A stretch of 50,283 nt of DNA, filler included, from Streblomastix strix (lineage: Eukaryota): the NCBI GenBank assembly GCA_008636045.1. It is 2 parts of 2 records of this genome, joined end to end, with 100 filler letters (N's around TTAATTAATTAA, not from the genome) between each part and the next. Parts side by side here need not be neighbours in the genome. Positions count along the whole stretch, not along the records: positions 1 to 25,098 come from SNRW01000211.1; positions 25,199 to 50,283 come from SNRW01000212.1. One strand, 5' to 3'. This document shows positions 15,001 to 26,707 of the stretch, one piece after another. A program made the position numbers and the translations under genes. Numbering within the stretch: the first letter of the stretch is position 1; every line of letters starts with the position of its first letter. A model generated the notes under the pieces. The model saw only the letters and a list, made by a program, of their open reading frames with translations, searched no databases and was not told the origin of the DNA.

Positions 15001-17908
15001 CCTTTGTACCATTAATCACATCACCTGCTTTAGGTTATAAGAAAGTGATCTTTGGACGACTAATATTGAATTTTGGTGATTCAAAGGTCTGAGGGTGTTA
15101 ATTTAGATTGATAATTATATTATAGTAAATTAATAATGGTAATTTGTGTATAATAAAATTAAATATTCATTTTTTTTTGATATTCATATTAATTTATAAT
15201 TCTAATAATAATTCTAATAATAATAATTCAATTCTAATAATCAATCAATCAATATCATACTTCCACTTTATCCTCTTCTGAAATAGCTCCACCTCGACTC
15301 CTCAACTTCAGACGAGCTGAGAAATGCTGTTTCCCTTCTGAATGCTCAGTCTGATTAGTAAGAAAGAATATATATATTAATGACAGATAAATAAATGGAA
15401 TGAATATTAATGGCAGATAAATAAATAAATTTATTAAAAATTTTTAATATTTAATATATATGTATTTCATACTGTCAAAAAGATATATTCATAATCTGAT
15501 TGTGGGCTATAAACATTTTCAGATTCGAGGTACTAATTAATAATAAGAGATAAATAATAATAAAATAAATATTCTAAGTTTGTTGTATTGAAACTAAATA
15601 ATATTGTATATTTTATATTTCATTATATTACTTTTAGTATATTAATTTCTTATATATAAAAATTATCTTATATATAAATTAATTCTTATACATATATTCA
15701 ATACCTCTACACCCTTATCAGGTGCATCATCATAGTTTTCGTAGTATACAGCATAGAAGTCCAGATCGCCAAATATCTCTTCTGCGAACTCCCATCTGAT
15801 AATCACAAAATCGCTGACTTGGTGAACTGCGCCCTGAAGAAAATGGATAAATAAGTTATGGAGAAATTATATAATGAAAATAGTAGATAATTAGATAAAT
15901 AATAAAGAAATATTAATGGAATTTGATAAATAAAGAAAGAAAATTTAATGTAAAATAAATATAGAAAGATTAATGGGAATTAATATCTTATAATAATTTA
16001 TAATGCTTTTATCTATTCATTAAATTTAAACATTTTTCAGAATAATGCTAATTAAATATATTCATATTAAAACATACTGGAACTGGTTCAGTCCAATTAA
16101 TATGTGGTGTTATTGCAGCACATTTTGGATCATCGTTTTCCTAAATAAATATAAATAAATAAATAATGAAAAATATGAAAAAAAAATATATGTAATAATT
16201 AAAATTAAGAAATTAACCATATTATAAAAGATTATTAAATAAAGAATCATTTGTATTATTTACATATAATAAAATTAATTGAAATTGTCTTCATACAGTT
16301 GATATTCCATAAGCCCAACTTCCACATGTGCCTATAAGAAGAAAGATTAACAAAATAAATATAAATATAAATATATATAAATACAAATAAAATATATATA
16401 AATAAATATAATTTTATGATTTTAATATTTAATTTATAAACTAATTTATATGATTTAAATTTTATGATTTTAATATTTAATTTATAAACTAATTTATATG
16501 ATTTAAATTTTATTAATAAATAAATATATTTATACAAACCAACAAAAGGAGCTAATTTGCTTCCAGGTAAGCAACCAAAGTATCCTAGTGGAGAAGCAGC
16601 AATCTGCAAAATTAAAGAAAAAATGAATTAAAATTGAAGTAAAATGAAGAAAAAATGAATTAAAATGAAAATAAAAAAATATATATATGTAAAAAACTTA
16701 TATAATTTAATTGGTAAATAAAAATTAATATTCTTATTTAATTTATTCAATTAATAAAAATTATATTCTTATTTATTCAATTAACAAAAATAATATTTAT
16801 ATTTATTTATTTATTAAACATACTGCCTGACACCAACCACACTGTTTGTCTTTAATGCATTCATCACAATTTTGGTTTAATAAACAATGACCTGAATAAC
16901 AAAATCAATCAATTAATTAATTGTTTATAAATAAAAAATAGTAATAAATATAAATTTAATAAATAATATGCGAAAAATAAATAATTAAATTAATACAATA
17001 AATTATATTAAATTAAATGAAAATTATATAATTAAAGATAAATAAATAAATTTCTTTAGTTTTTTTTCCAATAATAATACAAATATTTATACCTCCACAT
17101 TATACTCCATCTGTGTAAAGGAAGTTGCATCCTTCGTATTGAGGATAATGAGCAGAATCACCTGAATATATAATGAAAATAATTAATAATAATAAAATAA
17201 ATGATATTTAATAATAATAAAAAATGAAAATATAAGAATTAATGAAAATTGTTATAAAAAATTAATTTAAGTTTCTGTTTTTTATTACAGTAATTATTAT
17301 TTATATTTTTCAATTAAACATACTTGTTATGCATGCATGCTTTGATGGGCACCAACTGCACAGGTCGTTCTAATTAAATAATTATTAAATATAGAAAATA
17401 ATAAATTAAATAAATAAATCATCAAAACATAATTTGTTTATCAATCAATATAAATATCACTCATATCCACATAAATATAAACACAAACAAACATAAACAT
17501 TAAATTCACACCTTCTCTCCACCTTTATTATCATTATCTCCATTCTCACTTCCAGGCGTTTTCACACACGATGCGCAGTCATAATGCGCATAACACGGAT
17601 CCAATGTGTAGAACCACATGTCTGTTAGTTCAGTGGTGTTGCCATATCCGTGGCCTCCTAATATACGGATCTGAAATGAATGAAACGATGAATCGTAATT
17701 GAATGAAATGATGAATGGATATTGAATGGGAATGGTAAGTAATTGAATATTGGATATTGAGATTGAATATTGGATAATAGATAGAAATGAAAAGAGATTT
17801 AATTGAATAATTAAAATAGAATTAAATAGAAATTTATAGTGATTTAATAATGTACATATTAATTAAATGATAAATATAATAATTTACATTAAATCTCAAA
17901 ATAATGTT

Positions 17909-17946
<38 letters not shown>

Positions 17947-20068
17947 GATATACCTCTCTATTAACTGAGTTAGTGAATGACTGAACTTGTGCGAAGTTTG
18001 TGAGTGGATCTGGCTCGTCATCAAATGCAGGTTCGAGGAAGTACCATGAATTGTCAACTGTTGATTTGTGGATTTATGGATTGAGGAATATGCATTTATA
18101 TAAATATGGAGGGATATATTAATAATGAATTAAAATATAATTCAACAATTAATTTAATTCAAAATAATTCAAATTAATTTATATATAATTCATACGCAGA
18201 TCATGTTTCTCAATCTAAACACTCTCCATTGTCCCACCCCACAGATACAGATGTGCATCAAATACTTGTGCATAGTGATCCATTCTATATATATAAATAT
18301 TAATTATATGATTGAATATAATTTAATAGAATGTATATAATGAATATAATATATAATTTATTATAAATATAATATTATGAATATGTTGAATAATTAAATA
18401 AAAAATAATATATGAAAAATATATACGTTTTATGAATATTAATTAAGTATTTATTGAATAATAATAATGAAAATTAAAATAAAAATTATTATTTAATTTT
18501 GATTTAATAAATATTTACATATTATAATTCACAATAGAACAAACCTCATGACCATATTTTGAGGTCTTGATGATATTTGATGATATGTAGTATGTTCATG
18601 TTACTTGTCATTAACATCTGATGATAAAATGTAAGATAAAAAATTAAATGAAAAATTAACACAAATAAAAAAGAAAAGTTTTGAATAATTGTCATTAAAA
18701 TAAAATAATAATTAAAATAACAATCTTAATTTAAATTTCCATATTTTATAATTTCAACTAATAGCATCATTTATTTATCTCATAAATTAAATATAAAATA
18801 CAAATTAATAATTTTGTTATTCAAACCGATTTCAAGTCTATAGAGAACTGGTTCCTGCCCATAAGCATATTCATATCCACCAGAGATCACGAAATGATAT
18901 ATTGAATCGTTGGATTTGCCCCTGAATGTATACATAATAGTGCAATATTATATCATATTAATGAAAAAAATAGTTACATTGAAAATATAAATTAGTTTAT
19001 TTAATATATAATAAAATAAGTATCATACAAGAAAGAAATGCGATTTCCAGCAAGAGCAGGAATATAATGCCTGTAATGTGCACGTACTTCTTTGAACTCG
19101 TATGCTTCATCTAAAAAAATATTTAATATTTGAAAAAAATATATATAAAAATTAATTAATTATTTAATTCAGTTGTTTCTTTAAACCTCTACGAGCAACA
19201 AGAATATCATTGTAATGCGTATTAGTAAAGCTGTCACCGCCAAAGATAACAACGACTATATGTATGTTCAAAAATAGTATTAAAAAATAAACTTAAATAA
19301 ATAAAAGCACACGTTCACCATCGTCAGAAGCGGCCATTCCAAGCGAATGAATGGCATGCCGAGGAAGATCTTTGCGGCGTGTAACTTTAACACCAGACTA
19401 AAAATTTCAATAATAAAACAAAATAAATTATTATTATTAATAATAATAATTACTCAATAAGTCATACAGAAAAATCAATGTGGTAGACAGAACTAAGCGC
19501 ATGTGTTCCATTGCGGCCACCTGTGTAAAGTTAAAGCGAAAACGAATTAATATTTAAATATATTAATAAATTCATTACCAGCAATTAAAACTTCGTTATC
19601 TCCTACTCTGGCAGCTGCATGGTCTGCGCTGGCCTAAATTTCAGCTTCACTGGAAAAACATCATTTAAAACGAAATAAATAACAAAAATTAATGAAAATT
19701 GACATACGTATGTGGATATTGTGTTGAAGAACCATCCCTTTTCAAAATATAATGATTGTTGAAGAATTATGTGCCTCTCTAGCCGCCAAAAACGAAAATA
19801 TCATCTTTCGAAATTTCCACTGCAGAGTGCCCCTAGAAAATTAATATAAATGTAATTAAATTTGAGTGAAATACAAAATATGAATTTATCCGATATTTAA
19901 AACGAATTGCACGGCCAGAAATAATAAAAATGAATTTCTCGAGTTGTAATATGTTCAACACACCTATAATGCTGGCACAGTGCAAGTAACTTTCTTCCAC
20001 TTTCCAACTTCAGCATGTACAGCTGGGGCAAAAGCCCACAGCGCGAGAAACGCAATAAGTATTTACAT
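12017..20068 (-). CDS. Attractin/MEGF8-like type I membrane protein: signal peptide, Kelch repeats, Cys-rich PSI-like modules, beta-rich stalk, TM helix, very short tail (~35 exons)
   Basis: MQILIAFLALWAFAPAVHA signal peptide. Kelch motifs GHSAVEISKDDIFVFGG and DHAAARVGDNEVLIAGG. PSI-like DPCYAHYDCASCV, CSWCPSKHAC and CLLNQNCDECIKDKQCGWC. TM segment MFTLLILAIIVGVALSLFYILYI followed by RKHLVSGIHAVI-TGA. Short GC-richer exons are bounded by GT..AG. Confidence 0.8.
16412..16507. repeat. Intronic 48-bp tandem duplication
   Basis: TTTTATGATTTTAATATTTAATTTATAAACTAATTTATATGATTTAAA occurs twice in tandem. Confidence 0.85.
17913..17943. repeat. (TA)n microsatellite in an intron
   Basis: About 15 TA units next to a splice donor of the Kelch gene. 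Confidence 0.9.
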
Positions 20069-20190
20069 CGCTATGGAGGCAAATTGGAAAATCAATTTAG
20101 CATAACGAAAGCCAACAGTTCCTATTAATTTTGTTTTATTGCATTATTTAATATCACATTTGACAAAGTTATTCTTCTTTTTTAATATTA

Positions 20191-21146
20191 CAGTCGGTTT
20201 CGGTTTTTAGTAATTCGTAAGCTTTTTGGTAAAATTCAAATGTTTAATTTTGTGAAGACATTACAATACTCGTCAGATTTCTGTTTTACTTCTCGATAAA
20301 AACCGTTATTACAATAATTTTTAACACAAAACTAAGATAATTCGCTGATACGAGCGGAATTTCGCAGATCTACAATTTGCCAAATATCTTCCCAGATACT
20401 TCGTTAATTTTATATTTGACTATCAATTTTTTTGTTATTTTAATAATTACATAATTTATATATTAAACTTCTAACAATTTTATAACAAATACTTAGAAAC
20501 ACATCCTGATAAATTTCTGAAAAAGTGACACGCGATTTCTAGAAGATATAAAGCGTACTCACTGACTTATTTGTGCACGTTTGCAAATTGAATTAATATA
20601 CATCAATATTCATTAAACATTTTCTAAATAAGCGCAGTTTTACTGAACTGAGAACCTTCGAAAGTTTATATTGAAAGTCCATACTCTCATACTGCTTCGA
20701 AATGTTTGTAATAGAATATATTATATTGTTTAGTTGTTTATTTAAAACATTATATTTGTAGAATTGTGTATTTTCATGGTCTCGCGGATTGAAGCTTCGG
20801 GAGCATTTGTTAAATGCGCTTACCCAACGATCCACCCAACTAATTTCATATATATTCTGAATTTATGGAAATATTATATTTATTTATTTATTTTAACTTT
20901 TATTTTTATGTTTAACAAACTTTTTTCGCACAAATTTTTTTTTTAATTTTTTTAAGCTTAAATTCGCCTATTGTGGTTGACTTAAGAATATAACTTACGT
21001 TTTAATAAACTATTTTATAAATTTGCATTTTTCATTATTTATTTTAATAACTTGTTTATAAAAAATCGATCAAATTATGCGTCAATCAACTACCAAGTTA
21101 AACTGTATTAAAACCCTTACGAATTACTAAAAACCGAAACCGACTG
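20191..21146. mobile_element. Non-autonomous Tc1/mariner-type DNA transposon (956 bp)
   Basis: Perfect 31-bp TIRs CAGTCGGTTTCGGTTTTTAGTAATTCGTAAG at 20191-20221 and 21116-21146, flanked by TA on both sides (20189-90, 21147-48). No intact transposase ORF. Confidence 0.9.
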
Positions 21147-21346
21147 TACGATTAAAAAATTTAATTTTGAAATATGATTTATTTTTTTCAAAAAGAATAA
21201 CTAGATTAAATATATAAATCAAATATAAGAAAAATATCTCGAAAAATTAATTCTTCATGATGATTTAAATATTCAAACTAAAAATATCACAAAAAAAGAA
21301 TTAATCATGCTAACCCACACATTAAAAGCTAATCTCATAAGTATGT

Positions 21347-21857
21347 TCAAACGAACAACGCAAGAGCTGGAAGTACAACATCCGCTGTGATCACACTCAG
21401 AAATACTCTCAATGATTCAGATGCACAAATTCCTTTTGAATCTGCAGTTCTTGGATCAGCATCCCATTTCTCTTTGTCGGACCTTTCAGGACATTCGCAG
21501 TATTCCTTTGGAGTATCCTTTTTGATATTAGAACAGTCAGGTGGTCCAGATAAAGACTTGGTATCTCCAGCTGCACATTTGCAATCTGTTGTTGATGGAT
21601 ATTGACCTATGGTACACACTGGTTTCAGACTTGTATAAATATTAATTCTTCCATAAATTATTATTCTATTTGCTTCACCAATCATCATTCTTGTCAGAAT
21701 TTGCTTCAATTGTGCAGTGCTATAATAATAAGCATAACCCAGACTGTATCCTTGTAAGTACTTCACGATATCTGCTCCATCATCACATTTGATTGGAATG
21801 GGTGGCATTTGCAATACATCAGGTGCATCATCATGTCCAGGGAGAATGCCATTGCTG
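21347..21857 (-). pseudogene. Orphan terminal exon of a Cys-rich surface protein with a hydrophobic (GPI-signal/TM-like) C-terminus
   Basis: Preceded by an acceptor-like TTTTTATTAG. Encodes ...CTIGQYPSTTDCKC...CECP...DPRTADSKGICASESLRVFLSVITADVVLPALALFV-TGA. No upstream exon is visible before the 3' end of the J-domain gene. Confidence 0.55.
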
Positions 21858-22143
21858 CTAATAAAAATATAATATATATAATATATTCAAATAAGATACA
21901 TTAATCTTTTAATTAATTCATATAACTTTCTTTATTTGATTTTATTCCATTTCTTACTAAAAATAAACATTTTCTATTTACAATTAAGTGATTAATTAAA
22001 TATAACCAATAAAATTAATTAAAAAGAAATTAGAAAGATTAATATATAAATTTCATTATATGGATTAGATTAGATCTCCAATTTAACAATCTTACAGTTA
22101 ACATTATTAATTATACATTAAATTGTTTTAATAGTTGTAAATT

Positions 22144-23610
22144 TCATTTTGCATAAAGATTAAGCCAATCAACTTTGAATGGATCAAGTTCTTCTTTTCT
22201 CTCAATAACACGATCTGCATATTCTTTCTTTTTCATGCCAACTTGAGCTGTACGCTATGATTTTCTGCTATAATTCCATTAATCAATCTTTATAAATAAT
22301 ACAGTCCCAATCCCAGAAATTCGCTCAACCATCCTTTTAATGTCATCTTCATTTGATGTATGACTTATACCTTTAATGATCAGAGAAGAAAATTGCTAAT
22401 TTCCAGTAATGAAGTCAACCCTCAATTTATCCCTTCCAATGTTAGGGTTTTCTGAGTAAATTTTTTCAATATCAACAATTCCCGATTATACAAAGTCCGA
22501 ATCTTAGTAATAATGAACATTTGGATCATCCATTAAGATTTGAAATTGCTAATTCAGCAGATTCTTCCTCTGCAAATTCAAGAAAAATTATTTTTTCCTT
22601 GAATTTGTTTAACCTTAATATTGCTTTACTTAGTTTGCCATATAGAGAAAATACTTTGTAAACGTCTTCTATTTCATTGAAACGCTATATTGAACGTCCT
22701 TTTATGATAATATTTCTAGGTCCAGGTTAGATAAAATCTGAATTATATTTATTATTTTAGAAAAAATATTATAAATAAAAGTGAAAAGTAAATTATTTAT
22801 TAGTTTGAGTAATTATTAAATTCATACTTTGGTTTTCTCTNNNNNNNNNNNNNNNNNNNNNNNNNNNNNNNNNNNNNNNNNNNNNNNNNNNNNNNNNNNN
22901 NNNNNNNNNNNNNNNNNNNNNNNNNNNNNNNNNNNNNNNNTTCTAGGTCCAGGTTAGATAAAATCTGAATTATATTTATTATTTTAGAAAAAATATTATA
23001 AATAAAAGTGAAAAGTAAATTATTTATTAGTTTGAGTAATTATTAAATTCATACTTTGGTTTTCTCTTTATCTTCTTTTAGATTCTTTTTACTTTCGTTC
23101 AGCTTCTCTTTATCTATGTTCAGCTTCTCTTTACTCTCTTTCAGCTTACAATCTTATTCTTTCTCTTTCCCTTTCAGCTATTTATCTAACTCTTTCTTTT
23201 TCTTATTCTCTTTCTCTTTCAATCGTTTGTTTCATTAATTGTTCCATTAATTATTATCTTTCTCTTTCTCATATTTGTTCCAATAACCTTTACTTTTATC
23301 TCTATTATTCAATTAGTTTTTCTCGATCTTATTATTCTTTTTCTTTTAAATTTTGGTCATAAATAGTTCTTTTTTCTTTATCACTTAGATTTTCATATGC
23401 TTCAGCAATAATTTTGAAATTTTTGTTCGCTTACTCCCAATTGTCCAAATTATGGTCTAATATATCAAACACAAAAAGTAATTATTCATCAAGAAAATAA
23501 ATTGAAATATCCACACCAGGGTGGTATTTTAAAGCAAGCTTGTGGAAAGATTTTTTAATATCAATATCATCTGCATTGTTATTTACTCCAAGTATATTGT
23601 AATAATTCAT
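22144..23610 (-). CDS. J-domain (DnaJ/Hsp40 class C) protein with coiled coil and RRM-like domains; frameshift/premature TGA at 22526-22528; spans an assembly gap
   Basis: [32 protein letters not shown]...[21 protein letters not shown], with introns 23516-23457 and 23054-22965. RRM-like [11 protein letters not shown]...[22 protein letters not shown] second RRM-like segment [21 protein letters not shown] lies in a shifted frame ending at TGA 22144. Confidence 0.8.
22841..22940. other. Assembly gap (100 N) with 127-bp duplicated flanks
   Basis: 22714-22840 is identical to 22941-23067, consistent with an unmerged contig overlap. Confidence 0.9.
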
Positions 23611-23869
23611 GATTACACGATTGTTAAATATTTTATCTAAATAAAAAAATTAAAAGAAAAAATAATTGTTCAACTAGATATTTAGCACTATGATCTATTT
23701 GAAAAGTATGTAAATAATAGTATTTAATATTTTATAATCACAATTGAATATTGAATAATTATTTGTAATTAACTTCTAATGGAAATTACATTGAAAAAGT
23801 AAATTATTTATTGTTCATAGCAAATCGTTGTATAAAATACATTTAAACTGGATATTTGGGGAAATATTA

Positions 23870-24258
23870 TCAATTATGCATTTAAGATATTTTTATATTT
23901 AATAATTAAATAGAATAGCTTGAAATTAAGTAAAAAAAATATTTTTAATGGAGAATTAATAGGAACATCAGATTGAGTTTTAACATTGGAAGACTATGGA
24001 GAAGGAATTTGATTTGAATTTTGTTAGTGTGATTGAACAGTCTGTTAAGGTTGATGTTAATTAGAGGAATGATGAACGTGAGTATCTGATTATGAATTAG
24101 TTTCATGTTAATGTCTTCTATGCGATCTTGAATGATGATGATGGTGGTTGTTGTGGTGACGATGATGGTCTGTTGGTTAAATATCGTCTGGAACAGGCGG
24201 TGAGATATCTTGCTTTGATTGACGTGAACCCATTTAGTAGTTTTGCTAGAATTCCAAT
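23870..24258 (-). CDS. Putative terminal exon encoding a His/Gln/Ser-rich low-complexity segment
   Basis: TTTTTTAG acceptor followed by WNSSKTTKWVSRQSKQDISPPVPDDIQPTDHHRHHNNHHHHSRSHRRHQH...; upstream exons not resolved. Confidence 0.4.
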
Positions 24259-24905
24259 CTAAAAAATAATAATAAAAAAATAAAATAATTATTGATTTTT
24301 AAGAAGAAATAAGAGTAGATAATGTTTGAATATTCACGAATAAATTTAAAAATAACAATTTTTACTTTATAAAATTATTACTAATATAAAATTATTGACT
24401 GGTACTTTAGATATTTAGATTTTCTTTAATAATTTTTGGCAAAGAATTTTAGAGTTATCGTAGAGTATTTGTGTGTGATAGTAATAAAAATTGCTACAAT
24501 ATAGGCTTATAAATATGATACATATGTTAAAAAATGTATTTATATCGCTGAAAATGACATTAAACGTGAAATATGGAAAATTATTAAAAATATTTGCTCT
24601 CCAGTGTTTCAAGCTAAATGATAAAAGTACTATAATAAATTGCTTATAAATATTTTCTGTTGTTAATAATCATTATAACTAAGATCAAATTTCACTTTTA
24701 TTATAAAGAAAAAATATTCTACACATTTTTAAATTGTCATTTTCTCACTGATTAGAATTAAGTTGCAAATTAAATTAAATGATAATTTTGTATATTTGTT
24801 CTATTTATTGGAATTGAAGTAACTCATTGATTGAAATGCACTTTTTTTTAAAAAAAATAACTATTGAATTATTGATGACCGAGCCAAACTAAGGATTATA
24901 ACAAG

Positions 24906-25098
24906 TCATTCACATCCGCCTTTACACCAATTTCGCTTCTTCCCGACAACAGTACATGCCTCACATAAAGGTTTCTGGCATCTCATGCATATTATTTAGC
25001 ATCCAGTACAAATCAGTTTTTTGCACTTCCAACATTAAGTAATACAGATCATGCACATCAACTGTCCGCATTCTGTGCATTTCGCTTTTGAGTTCACA
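24906..25098 (-). CDS. 3' end of a CxxC-repeat zinc-binding protein (5' end in gap)
   Basis: VNSKAKCTECGQLMCMICITQCWKCKKLICTGCQIICMRCQKPLCEACTVVGKKRNWCKGGCE-TGA. Confidence 0.65.
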
Positions 25099-25198
25099 NN
25101 NNNNNNNNNNNNNNNNNNNNNNNNNNNNNNNNNNNNNNNNNNTTAATTAATTAANNNNNNNNNNNNNNNNNNNNNNNNNNNNNNNNNNNNNNNNNNNN
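25099..25198. other. Assembly gap containing an artificial TTAATTAATTAA linker
   Basis: N-run with TTAATTAATTAA at 25143-25154, a standard six-frame-stop contig linker. Confidence 0.9.
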
Positions 25199-25230
25199 GA
25201 AATTTCGGAGGTAGCCTTTTTGGGCATGAC

Positions 25231-25267
25231 CCAAAAAATAAACAGAGGTGCAATCAACCTTTTTATT
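25231..25267 (+). promoter_or_regulatory. Element-specific conserved motif, copy 1
   Basis: CCAAAAAATAAACAGAGGTGCAATCAACCTTTTTATT, overlapping the hairpin TTTTTGGG-CATGA-CCCAAAAA (25217-25237). Function inferred, not shown. Confidence 0.55.
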
Positions 25268-25874
25268 GCTTTAATACTGTTTCAATATACATCTTAAATT
25301 ATACCTTATTTGTATCATAAGCTATCACATATTTACCTTATTCAATTAACTCCATATAAGTTAAATTCTCTTCGTTAAGGATCCAGATATTATAAGCTTC
25401 ATCAATGAAGTAATTATCTAGAGGGTGATTCTTATAGGATAATATATCAGTTATCTTATTTTTCATTTTATCTTAGGCTATTATACGTCCGTATTTTTTG
25501 GGGTTATACAATGTATAATGAAAATCATCAACCCATACCAAATTATGTACTGCGCAATTTTCAAGGTCATTATCCAAATGATATACCTTTGTATTTTTAT
25601 TAGGTACGAATTATTCAGCAACAAGTCTATCAAAGGCTAGCTCATGCCGCTTATTATTTTCATCAATTAACTATATTTACATTCCGATATAATATCCTGC
25701 TCTATTCTTTTTCGAATGAGGTTTAACTTCTCTATCTAATCTTGTATCCCATACCTCTAATGTTTTTTCATTGATTCTATATCTAGGAAAATCAGTTATC
25801 TCATCATAGTCTTATTTTTAGCTAATGACACGCGCTATTCTCTCATCGATTGTTTCTTTGGTTAAATAAGTCAT
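25254..25874 (-). CDS. NUMOD4/HNH-family protein, degenerate (206 aa)
   Basis: ITDFPRYRINEKTLEVWD...LAFDRLVAEQFVPNKNTKVYHLDNDLENCAVHNLVWV resembles the HRLVA..F.PN...V.H.D....NN...NL.W pattern of HNH_3 endonucleases, with substitutions. Confidence 0.7.
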
Positions 25875-25960
25875 TTGATATATGGATAAAAAAAAGGATA
25901 AAAAAATAAAAAAGGTTTTTCACACCCCACTTTTTTTTCTGATTTTTTATCTGGCTATAA

Positions 25961-26635
25961 ATGTAACAAATTGTACAAGACTAATAAATCTAACAAATTG
26001 TACCAGAATAATCCCCTACTAATGAAATGTAATAAGATATCTCTACTCATGAAAAATTGGACTAATAAATGTAATAATTTGTAACTCTATAAGATTTCCC
26101 TACTCATTAGATATCTACATAGCAACCATGGACCATTAGACGAATAGCTGATAAGGCCGTTAACAAAATATATAGAGAGAAAAGTGGTTACTAACAAGTC
26201 AGTATAAATGGAAAGACTATGGGTCTTCATCGACTTGTAGCTATATAATTTTTACCTACTAATGATAAAAATATGTAAGTCGATCATATCAATCATAATA
26301 GATCAGATAACTCAATTAGTAATCTTCGATGGTTGTCTCGAAGAGATAATTGTCTGAATAGAACGAAACCTTAACGATAACATATAACTTATAATTATCT
26401 AGATATATTACCTACTGATTATATTGAGCTAAGCTAATACAGAAGACATCAAATTGAAGGGTTATATTTCTCCCCTAGTGAAGATATGTTCTATATGTCA
26501 AATCGTATATAATATAAAGAGCTACATGTTAACGAAAAGATGAATGGTGCTTTGTTTGTTTATGCCCCTGATGTTAATGGCAAAGGTCATTAGATTCATT
26601 ACATAAGGGCTAAGAAAATTATGGAGCAAGAATGA
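25961..26635 (+). CDS. HNH endonuclease (224 aa)
   Basis: SGYQQVSINGKTMGLHRLVAIQFLPTNDKNMQVDHINHNRSDNSISNLRWLSRRDNCLNR is an intact HNH_3 motif. Alternative in-frame ATG at 26069. Confidence 0.9.
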
Positions 26636-26707
26636 AAAATAAGTTAACCTGCAAATTTGTTGATATCGATTAACACTGAGAGTATATGACATTATTTTTG
26701 CTCATAA

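Noticed and set aside
22714..23067. 127-bp direct repeat in the J-domain gene
   Set aside because: The identical copies flank a 100-N gap, so this is an unmerged contig overlap and not a biological duplication.
25143..25154. TTAATTAATTAA palindrome
   Set aside because: Embedded in Ns; an artificial scaffolding linker.
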